From: an uncultured virus (IMG/VR IMGVR_UViG_3300033141_000684)
Lineage: Duplodnaviria > Heunggongvirae > Uroviricota > Caudoviricetes
Virus record (IMG/VR): IMGVR_UViG_3300033141_000684
DNA: 20,000 nt
Direction: 5' to 3' (one strand)
Part shown: positions 1-6,530 of the stretch, piece by piece
How the letters are laid out: the number at the start of each line of letters is the position of its first letter
Position numbering within the stretch: position 1 is the first letter of the stretch
Made by a program: the position numbers and the translations under genes
The notes under the pieces: model-generated
The model's input: the letters and a program-made list of their open reading frames with translations, nothing else
What the model was told of the DNA's origin: nothing
The model's database searches: none

Positions 1-273
1 ACCGTTACCAACGCCGCCGGCTTCGCTGGCTACAAGAAGGGTGACGTCATAAAGGTCGACACCGATCGGCAATACTTCGTCGGGGCCGACGGCGGCACCG
101 GCTGGGCCTGGCTGCAGACGAGCGGGCTCTACAAGATCACAAGCGCAACACCGACGACGCTCGACGTCGTCGAGTACCGCAACGACCGTCAAGTCTTGTT
201 GTGGATGAGGGCTGTCTTGCTCGCCAAGTTTGGCACGCTGGCGAACCTGGCGCTGCTGCTCGCGTGGCTTTGA
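1..273 (+). CDS. 3' end of a partial ORF, possibly a virion/tail-associated protein
   Basis: Frame 1 is open from base 1 to TGA at 271-273 (TVTNAAGFAGYKKGDVIKVDTDRQYFVGADGGTGWAW...LLLAWL). It is Gly/Thr/aromatic-rich and converges on the leftward operon. Function is a guess. Confidence 0.55.
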   Translation, partial: TVTNAAGFAGYKKGDVIKVDTDRQYFVGADGGTGWAWLQTSGLYKITSATPTTLDVVEYRNDRQVLLWMRAVLLAKFGTLANLALLLAWL

Positions 274-330
274 AGGCTGCACGAGCGGCCCTTGAGTCGG
301 GCGATTGTACCGGGCGGCGCTTGCGTCGCT

Positions 331-525
331 CTACGGGCCTCTCAGGGCGTCTGACGAGGTGTCGGTCTTGTCAGTCTTGTTGATCATTCTCTGACGGCCT
401 TCGATCTGGCCCATAATCCGCTTCAGCGCCGAGCCGACCTCGATCTTGCCGTGGTCGTTTTCGGTCGCTCGCAGGGCCCCCCTGATCAGCCGGCGCAGAT
501 CATTCGACGATATCTCAATCTTCAC
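331..525 (-). CDS. hypothetical phage protein (64 aa)
   Basis: Last ORF of the coupled leftward operon; 4-nt GTGA overlap with the 522..851 ORF. Confidence 0.6.
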   Translation of the reverse strand: MKIEISSNDLRRLIRGALRATENDHGKIEVGSALKRIMGQIEGRQRMINKTDKTDTSSDALRGP

Positions 526-851
526 GAAGCGCGCCGCGCTATCTCTGCAAGCAGCTCTTCAGTCGTGGCTGAGCCGATCGCTGCCGCTTTGGCGTCGGCC
601 GGCTTCATGAGACCCCGCTCGCGCATGTCGATCACGTCTTGCTTGAGCTGGTTGCGCTGAGCGACGACCTGATCGTGACGCTCTTGCCAGGTCACCTCGG
701 CCTGCTCTCGCTCTTCAAGCTCTCGATGACACTTGCGCAGCTCGTTGTGGCCATTGAGCAGGGCGGTCACCGCAGCGGCCAGACCTTGCGGATATTCGCC
801 GTCCATCTCTTGACCGCAAAGGCTGCAATTAGTTGTTACTCTGCAGGGCAT
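522..851 (-). CDS. hypothetical protein with N-terminal CxxC and coiled coil
   Basis: CSLC motif, then a helical/coiled-coil stretch; purine-rich RBS upstream; operon context. Confidence 0.7.
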   Translation of the reverse strand: MPCRVTTNCSLCGQEMDGEYPQGLAAAVTALLNGHNELRKCHRELEEREQAEVTWQERHDQVVAQRNQLKQDVIDMRERGLMKPADAKAAAIGSATTEELLAEIARRAS

Positions 852-862
852 AATCTCTCACC

Positions 863-1162
863 TTATGATTTTGTGATCTTCAGATAGAGCGCCGGGTTGT
901 CGACCTGAAAAGGCGACAAGTAGGCGTTCATGTTTGTCTCGTTGATGTCGATCGCCGGCAGCGTGTTGACCGGGTTATTGAGTAGAGCGATCACCTGGGC
1001 ACCGAGGTCGCGCAGAAACTCGTCAGACGGCCGCACGCAGGCGTAGCCGTTGAGGTGAATCTTCCCATGCGCTAGGGCGTGCATCACCGCATATTGAAGC
1101 TGGGCTTGCGTGACGGGGCGACGCAGGTCGAAGTCGTAGTCGGTCTCTATGTCTATAGTCAA
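863..1162 (-). CDS. hypothetical phage protein (99 aa)
   Basis: 4-nt overlap with the 1159..1353 ORF; operon context. Confidence 0.6.
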   Translation of the reverse strand: MTIDIETDYDFDLRRPVTQAQLQYAVMHALAHGKIHLNGYACVRPSDEFLRDLGAQVIALLNNPVNTLPAIDINETNMNAYLSPFQVDNPALYLKITKS

Positions 1163-1353
1163 AATGGTATATCCCTGATGAACATCTCGCAGCCGGTCGC
1201 GAGCACGCTGGTCGGTATCGGCTGGTCGTTCGCCGCCTGGCAGACCGGGCCGCTGTCGTCGCCGGCCAGATGCTCGCAGTTAAAGCAAGCCGGCGTGCTG
1301 AGCTGGGCGTCGATCGCGTCTCTGATTTTTATGAGCAGTTCGCGGTCAGTCAT
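1159..1353 (-). CDS. small Cys-rich protein ending in an SSB-like DIPF tail
   Basis: CFNCEH...C...C pattern and C-terminal RDIPF; overlaps both neighbours. Confidence 0.75.
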   Translation of the reverse strand: MTDRELLIKIRDAIDAQLSTPACFNCEHLAGDDSGPVCQAANDQPIPTSVLATGCEMFIRDIPF

Positions 1354-1639
1354 CGGCGTGCTCGTCGTGGTATTTAATGACGTGCTTGCGCACCGCTTCG
1401 ATCATCTCTTCGCTCACTGGCAGCTCGCGCAGGGCGTGCATCACCGTTGTATGGTGTCGGTTCACGAAGTAACCGATCGACGGCAGCGAAAGCTCTTGAT
1501 CACGCAAGAGCCTCATGGCAAGCCAGCGGGGCGTGACCAGCATCGTCGACCGTGACTTGCCGAGCACTTGCTTCTCAGGCACTCGAAAATAATCGCATAC
1601 GCCTGCAATGATCAGGCTCGGGTCTTGTGGTCTCATCAT
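1346..1639 (-). CDS. stand-alone DnaA C-terminal (domain IV) helix-turn-helix protein
   Basis: IIAGVCDYFRV...VLGKSRS...PRWLAMRLLRD...SLPSIGYFVNRHHTTVMHA follows the Bac_DnaA_C signature (R.R....PRQ.AMYL.R....SL..IG..F.RDHTTV.HA). Confidence 0.85.
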   Translation of the reverse strand: MMRPQDPSLIIAGVCDYFRVPEKQVLGKSRSTMLVTPRWLAMRLLRDQELSLPSIGYFVNRHHTTVMHALRELPVSEEMIEAVRKHVIKYHDEHADD

Positions 1640-3303
1640 TAGAACGGTATCTCGTCTTCGCCGATGCTATCCCAGTCAGGCAGGATAGGCTCGGGCGGTT
1701 TTACAGGTTCGAACGCGAAGTCGTACTTCACGATCCGATCATACTTGCCCTCTTTCCTGACCATGATGCGGCCGGGCTTTTTGAGGTACTCCCGGCCGAG
1801 CAAGACGTGCTCAGTCGTGGATTCTGCCGACGTCGCCGGGTCGATGCCTCGATCGGTCAGCCAGCGGGTCGCCTTCGTCTTCGCATAGCCTTCATGATCA
1901 GGGCAGACCCATTCGTCGAAGAACTGCAGGCCGCAGCGGTAGGTCACCTTGACCGAGTCAGGCTTGCCGAGCTTCTCGTGCCGGCGGTAGGTCACCTCGT
2001 TCACCTCGAACCATTCAGGCTGAGCCAGTGTCGAGATGATCGCTTGCGTGCTTGCCGTCTCTTCGTGCTTGGGCGGCCAGACATACTGACAATGTGGGCA
2101 GATGCGCGCATTGACTGCAACGATCGCATGGCAGTCTGGGCACTCTTTCGTCGGGGCCGTGCCGGCGAGTTCGACCTCGCCTGCAACGCCGCCGAGCTTG
2201 TCGATAATGTTGATCGTGTCGACCGGGCCGTGCCGGTTCACATTGCCGGCGAAGTCGAGCACGAGGCAGTCTTGCTTGCCGTTCTCTGGGTTGAGCCGCA
2301 TGCCTCGGCCGCACATCTGAATATAGAGCGCCGCCGACTGAGTCGGTCTCAAGAAAGCGATCAGGTCGCAGATCGGCGCATCGAAGCCGGTCGTCAAGAT
2401 GTCGCAGTTCGTGAGGCACTTGATCCTGCCGGCCTTGAACTCTGAGATGATATGCTCGCGCTCATCTTTGGGCGTCTCGCCGTGAAGGCATTCAGAGACG
2501 ACGCCGTGCCGCGAGCGCATGAAGTCAGCGACGTCTTGCGCGTACTCGACGCCAGGGCAGAACACGAGCCAGGCGTTGCGGTCTTGGCCGTACTCGACGA
2601 TCTCGGCGCAGGCTGCCACCTTCACGCGGGTCGCCTCGTCGACCATGTCGGACGTCTTGAAGTCGCCGCGCACCGTCTTCATGCCGTCGGTATTCATTCT
2701 CTCGACGCCGGCCTTCGAGATCAGGGGCACGAGATGGCCTTCGTCGATCAGCCTGGTGATCGGCAGGTTGTAGGCGATGTCAGTGAAGAGCGCGTCGTCG
2801 CCAGTATGCAAAAAGCCAGAGTCGAGCCTGAACGGCGTCGCGCTGAAGCCGATGACCTTGACCTTGTCGTTGATGGTCATCATGTCATCGAGAAAGCGCC
2901 GATACATCGTGTCGTTCTTGGCGGGCACGAGATGCGCTTCGTCGATCGTGATCAGGTCGAACCGGCCGAGCTGGTCGGCCTTGTTGTGCACCGATTGAAT
3001 GCCGGCGAAGATCATCGGGTTGAATCGGTCGCGGCGCTTCATGCCGGCGCTGTTGATGCCGATGTCAATCTGCGGGCTGAGCCGCGACATAGTCACCGAG
3101 TTCTGCTCTATCAGCTCTTTGACGTGCGTTAGTGACAGTATGCGCTGGCCCGGCCAGCCGAGAATGACGTCGCTGCAAAAGCTCGCGTGAATGACAGACT
3201 TGCCGCCGCCGGTCGGGACAACAGCCAGCGGGTGACCGTTGTGCGAAGAGAAGTAATTGAAGAGCGCGTTCTTGCACTCTGATTGATAACCTCGAAGCTG
3301 CAC
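1639..3303 (-). CDS. SF2 DEAH helicase, RadD/YejH-like, with zinc finger
   Basis: Q motif LRGYQ, Walker A PTGGGKS, DEAH, SAT, motif V LTTGFDAP, motif VI QMCGRGMR, CPDC..CPHC zinc ribbon, DEIPF end. Start placed at GTG 3303 (TAGTG overlap with the upstream stop, GAGGG RBS) instead of 3348. Confidence 0.93.
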   Translation of the reverse strand: MQLRGYQSECKNALFNYFSSHNGHPLAVVPTGGGKSVIHASFCSDVILGWPGQRILSLTHVKELIEQNSVTMSRLSPQIDIGINSAGMKRRDRFNPMIFAGIQSVHNKADQLGRFDLITIDEAHLVPAKNDTMYRRFLDDMMTINDKVKVIGFSATPFRLDSGFLHTGDDALFTDIAYNLPITRLIDEGHLVPLISKAGVERMNTDGMKTVRGDFKTSDMVDEATRVKVAACAEIVEYGQDRNAWLVFCPGVEYAQDVADFMRSRHGVVSECLHGETPKDEREHIISEFKAGRIKCLTNCDILTTGFDAPICDLIAFLRPTQSAALYIQMCGRGMRLNPENGKQDCLVLDFAGNVNRHGPVDTINIIDKLGGVAGEVELAGTAPTKECPDCHAIVAVNARICPHCQYVWPPKHEETASTQAIISTLAQPEWFEVNEVTYRRHEKLGKPDSVKVTYRCGLQFFDEWVCPDHEGYAKTKATRWLTDRGIDPATSAESTTEHVLLGREYLKKPGRIMVRKEGKYDRIVKYDFAFEPVKPPEPILPDWDSIGEDEIPF

Positions 3304-3623
3304 TAGGTCATCGCCCTCAACTGGTTGGTGAGTTTCGTTCTGAGGCACTTCGCTGCAGACGTGGCTGCGGCGAGCTGCGACTCTAAACTCTCAAGGTAGC
3401 CGTGCCGCTGTAACAACATTTCAGCCGCGAGAACGTGCTCGACCTTGATGGCGTGCGGATTCTCAAGCCGGTATCTGATCGCCTGGGTTGAGATTCCGAG
3501 GGCGCGAGCGACCTCGATGAATCTGGCGTTGTTGGCTCTCGGGTGCGTCTTCGGCAAAGTGTCGGCCAAGCTCTCGACGAGCGTCGCGTACCGATTGCTC
3601 AAAGCAATCTGGCTATTTTCCAT
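3303..3623 (-). CDS. putative HTH DNA-binding protein
   Basis: FIEVARALGISTQAIRYRLENP is HTH-like; coupled to both neighbours. Confidence 0.7.
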   Translation of the reverse strand: MENSQIALSNRYATLVESLADTLPKTHPRANNARFIEVARALGISTQAIRYRLENPHAIKVEHVLAAEMLLQRHGYLESLESQLAAATSAAKCLRTKLTNQLRAMT

Positions 3624-3855
3624 GTCTAACGATCCTGAGATGCTTGCGGCCGGCCCCGAAGTCTAGCACTCCATAGCCGTCTGGTATAGCTTGAACGCAG
3701 CCGCCTTTCTCAAGAAAGGCTTGAACGTCTGCCGCGATCTTGTCTCTGACTCGCTGCTTGTTCTCGACCGGGTCTTCTGCCGCGTCTTGCGCGTGCTTGA
3801 TCGGGCCGCTTGTCGTTGTCATGGGCGCGAGCCCTTTGCCGAATCTACTGCTCAT
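3613..3855 (-). CDS. SutA RNA-polymerase-binding-domain-like protein
   Basis: KQRVRDKIAADVQAFLEKGGCVQAIP resembles the SutA RNAP-binding core (K..ER..L...MEEFL..GG.VQ.I). Confidence 0.65.
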   Translation of the reverse strand: MSSRFGKGLAPMTTTSGPIKHAQDAAEDPVENKQRVRDKIAADVQAFLEKGGCVQAIPDGYGVLDFGAGRKHLRIVRHGK

Positions 3856-4916
3856 TCTGTTACCTCGTGGGTCTCGATTAGTGTGCCGTTGAACTCTTGC
3901 TTCAGCGTGTCGACGACCTCGTCGCCGATCATGTTCTTCGCGTCTGCCTTGTATATCTCGACCGAGCTGTATCCGGTCGGGCCGTTCTTAAATACCTTGC
4001 CGGTGATCTTGTTCGTGTAGACGACGTCGTCGTCGATCGCGTCGATCGGCTCTGCCCACGTCTCAAGCATCTGGGGCAAGTAGGCGTGCGAGGCGCAGCC
4101 GTTCATCTGCTGATTCTTGTCGAGCTGCAGGTTGTACTTCTCGCAGAGCCAGGTCGCCTCACCGTCGGGCGCTGCAGTCGCATGCACGCATGACCTGCAG
4201 GTCGGGACGGGTGCGGCTTTAGAATGGCAGGTCGCGCTATGGTCGCAGAAGTTACACTGCCACCATGCCGGGTCGTCAGAGATGCGCGCCGGCGGTTCGA
4301 CTGACTCGATGATCGTGCGCGCTCGCTCCATGATCTGCACGAACTCTTTCTTGTTGAATTTGACGCGCTCAATGTAGAGGTCGTCGTCATTCTTGTTGAC
4401 GGCCATATAGAGCGCCCGGTCGATTGAGCTGAGGCCCATATAAACCTGCATCTGCGCATAGTGCTCGGGCTTCGACTGCTCGACGCCATCCTTCACGAGT
4501 GACTTGAAGCTCTTATCGTTGTGCGTCTTCATCTCGATAATGTGCGGGCTCTTCGGGGCTTCGGGCACGCCTTCGGTCGCGATGCCGTCACCGCTGCCGC
4601 CGAAGTGACCGCCGTGCGCTGACCATTGCCATTGTTCGCTGGTGCGCGGGTCGATCTCAACGACCTCGACGCCGATGCGCTTCAACTCTTCAACGAAGAC
4701 CGCCTCTTCTCGCTGGCCTCGATTGAACAGGCGCAGCACGCGACCGGGAAAGTTCGCGACCGTCGACCATCTGAACGAATACCAGATTGAGCGCGTGCAC
4801 GGCCGGCCGATGATCGACGCGCCGAGGTGCTCTCTGAATCCGTTGCCGGCCCGGTCTTCCCAGCTCTTGAAGATCAGGTTGCGCGTGTTGTGCGTTGGCT
4901 CGGGCATTACCGCCAT
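3852..4916 (-). CDS. Cas4-like PD-(D/E)xK phage exonuclease with Fe-S cluster cysteines
   Basis: LGASIIGRPC.R, GSGDG...IIEMKT, HYAQMQVYM, CNFCDHSATC, plus an extra CRSC...C...C cluster; Sak4/SSB/helicase neighbourhood. Confidence 0.9.
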   Translation of the reverse strand: MAVMPEPTHNTRNLIFKSWEDRAGNGFREHLGASIIGRPCTRSIWYSFRWSTVANFPGRVLRLFNRGQREEAVFVEELKRIGVEVVEIDPRTSEQWQWSAHGGHFGGSGDGIATEGVPEAPKSPHIIEMKTHNDKSFKSLVKDGVEQSKPEHYAQMQVYMGLSSIDRALYMAVNKNDDDLYIERVKFNKKEFVQIMERARTIIESVEPPARISDDPAWWQCNFCDHSATCHSKAAPVPTCRSCVHATAAPDGEATWLCEKYNLQLDKNQQMNGCASHAYLPQMLETWAEPIDAIDDDVVYTNKITGKVFKNGPTGYSSVEIYKADAKNMIGDEVVDTLKQEFNGTLIETHEVTE

Positions 4917-4947
4917 TCGTTTAACCTCATAAATTCAAACACGTCGC

Positions 4948-5553
4948 TCATGCCGCTCTTCTGCCGAGTATGTTGTGCTCCGGGTCGAAGACGTCGATCA
5001 ATAGGTATTCTAACTGCGTGAGCTGCCTGTCAGCGAGGCTCGCGCCGTCGACATACAAGACCCCATCGAAGCATTTGTCTTTAATGTGTTGCCCTGATCT
5101 CTGTAATGCGCTCACTCGGCTTTGACCAATATAGACGACAGTCTCTTCGAGCATGAGCAGGTATATGCCCCTGCCGATGACGGGCGAGCGCGAGAATCTT
5201 ATCTCTGAGATCGGCCCGCCTATATCGTAAGGAAAAAACTGATCGCCGTATAACTCGCAGTCTGCTGCGATTGAGACCATTCTGATCTCGGCCTTGATCT
5301 GGTCGGCAACGATCTTTCTCTCGCAATCTTCAGAGCAAGCGAAACGGGCGCTCGACGACGGCGGGCCGTCGTCGTCACTCTCATACTCTCGCAAGTCGCA
5401 GGGCGACCACGTCACGAGCGAAAGCTCGGGCGGATATGGCGCATATAATCTTGACGGGAAAGTTCGCCAACATCCACAACAATGGAGGTCATCGCGAGGG
5501 CCGAACTTTTTCGCGGCGCGACTACCTTGAAGAACTGCTGGAAGTTTTGCCAT
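4948..5553 (-). CDS. GIY-YIG endonuclease with N-terminal Cys-rich (Zn-finger-like) domain
   Basis: RGIYLLMLEETVVYIGQS...QRSGQH...LEYLLIDVFDPEHN has the GIY, YIG, R, H, E and N residues; N-terminal CCGC...FACSEDC. ATG at 5553 overlaps the upstream stop (TGATG). Confidence 0.8.
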   Translation of the reverse strand: MAKLPAVLQGSRAAKKFGPRDDLHCCGCWRTFPSRLYAPYPPELSLVTWSPCDLREYESDDDGPPSSSARFACSEDCERKIVADQIKAEIRMVSIAADCELYGDQFFPYDIGGPISEIRFSRSPVIGRGIYLLMLEETVVYIGQSRVSALQRSGQHIKDKCFDGVLYVDGASLADRQLTQLEYLLIDVFDPEHNILGRRAA

Positions 5554-6530
5554 CACCAAGCCCTCCAAAGATCTCGCAGCAACCGCTTCTGCACGTAACG
5601 GTTCGCTCTGTTGTGAATGTGGCCGACGCTCATATACAAGTGAGCCTCAGCTTTCGGAATCTGGGCCGCCGGCAAAACGATCAGACCCTTCGCTTCTGCG
5701 CGCTCGGTCTCGATCACCTTGCGGGCGTCGCGGGCGTCGCGGTACTTGTTAGCCTTGCGGGTGAGCGCGTCACCGATGACATACATGAGCGAGCGCCTGA
5801 GTGGTGAGTAACCTTGCTCGATGCCTCGCTGCCCGGTCATGCGTCGCTGGCGTTCGCCGTTGATCACCGCCAAACCGAACCGTTTCCAGAGCTTCGACTC
5901 GTTCGAGTAATTGTCGAGCGGGCCTGACTCGCCGATGATCATAGCAAGGCCGAGCGGGCCGAAGCCGTTTATCGGCTCGGCAAACTCTTCCCAGACGGGC
6001 AGCTCTTTGACGACCTTCTTGAGTATGCGCTCGCGTCGCTTTTTCTCAGCCGTGAGCGGCTCACGCGCTTCGAGCATGGGGCCGATGTTCGCCGCAGCGA
6101 TAACACCGAGCGGGTGCTCTTCGTTCTTGACGACGGCAGTGTAGAGCGCCTGGCCTTCTTTCGTACCGCCAGCAAGTCGCCGGCAGATGGACTTCGCCTG
6201 TAGCGTGATTCGCTGCTCTGCGCCCATCATGTCAGAGCGTGCGCGATGGTGCTCCCGCAGCTCTGCGCATAAGATTGCCCGGCCTAATCTGGTATGGTCG
6301 TCTCCGACGGCGCTATAGGGGGCCGGGCTTGAACCTGCAGCGGAACTAGAAGTTTGGTCGGTTTCGACAATGTAGAATTGACCGCTGCGTGACTGGACGC
6401 CTCCCGGCTGGGCGAGCTTTGATTGGCCCTTCTTAGGCACTACTCGGTCGGCCGGGCCGGGGGCGTTAATAGGGTGAGCGGCAACGCTGAGTTTGGCCGC
6501 CTTTGCGGCAATGGTTTTCTGACCGCTCAT
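5553..6530 (-). CDS. TasA-like IS110/Nop-domain RNA-binding protein lacking a nuclease domain
   Basis: Coiled coil (LREHHRARSDMMGAEQRITLQ) then IS116/IS110/IS902-type C-terminal motifs (PINGFGPLGLAMIIGESG..NYSNESKLWKRFGL, GYSPLRRSLMY, HNRANRYVQKRLLRDLWRAW). No DEDD/RuvC domain and no catalytic SG loop after GL. The first ~85 codons coincide with the guide array. Confidence 0.85.
   Translation of the reverse strand: MSGQKTIAAKAAKLSVAAHPINAPGPADRVVPKKGQSKLAQPGGVQSRSGQFYIVETDQTSSSAAGSSPAPYSAVGDDHTRLGRAILCAELREHHRARSDMMGAEQRITLQAKSICRRLAGGTKEGQALYTAVVKNEEHPLGVIAAANIGPMLEAREPLTAEKKRRERILKKVVKELPVWEEFAEPINGFGPLGLAMIIGESGPLDNYSNESKLWKRFGLAVINGERQRRMTGQRGIEQGYSPLRRSLMYVIGDALTRKANKYRDARDARKVIETERAEAKGLIVLPAAQIPKAEAHLYMSVGHIHNRANRYVQKRLLRDLWRAW
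6277..6529 (-). ncRNA. TIGR-like stem-loop guide RNA array, 4 units
   Basis: Minus-strand units share stem-(CCA-like)-N9-(TG-like)-hairpin-CCA-N9/10-(TG-like)-stem. U1 6475-6529: TGAGCGG TCA GAAAACCAT TG CCGC AAAG GCGG CCA AACTCAGCGT TG CCGCTCA. U2 6398-6465: CGCCCCCGGCCCGG CCG ACCGAGTAG TG CCT AAGA AGG G CCA ATCAAAGCT CG CCCAGCCGGGAGGCG. U3 6337-6388: GCAGCGG TCA ATTCTACAT TG TCG AAAC CGA CCA AACTTCTAG TT CCGCTGC. U4 6277-6328: GCCCGGC CCC CTATAGCGC CG TCG GAGA CGA CCA TACCAGATT AG GCCGGGC. Confidence 0.85.

Noticed and set aside
1627..3132. Long plus-strand ORFs (272 aa and 226 aa) opposite the helicase, and similar antisense ORFs elsewhere
   Set aside because: Shadow ORFs caused by GC-rich codon bias on the opposite strand; no recognisable motifs.
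4780..4788. Self-target of unit 4 (TACCAGATT)
   Set aside because: Only one 9-nt half matches; the adjacent bases (GAGCGCGTG) do not give the required GCGCTATAG. Single 9-mer hits are expected by chance.
3852..4916. CRISPR-Cas adaptation gene (cas4)
   Set aside because: No cas1/cas2 or CRISPR array in the window; the Sak4/SSB/helicase context is typical of stand-alone phage Cas4-like exonucleases.
5553..6530. IS110-family transposase / insertion sequence
   Set aside because: No N-terminal DEDD RuvC-like domain and no catalytic serine loop; the gene is translationally coupled within a phage operon and carries a multi-unit guide array instead.
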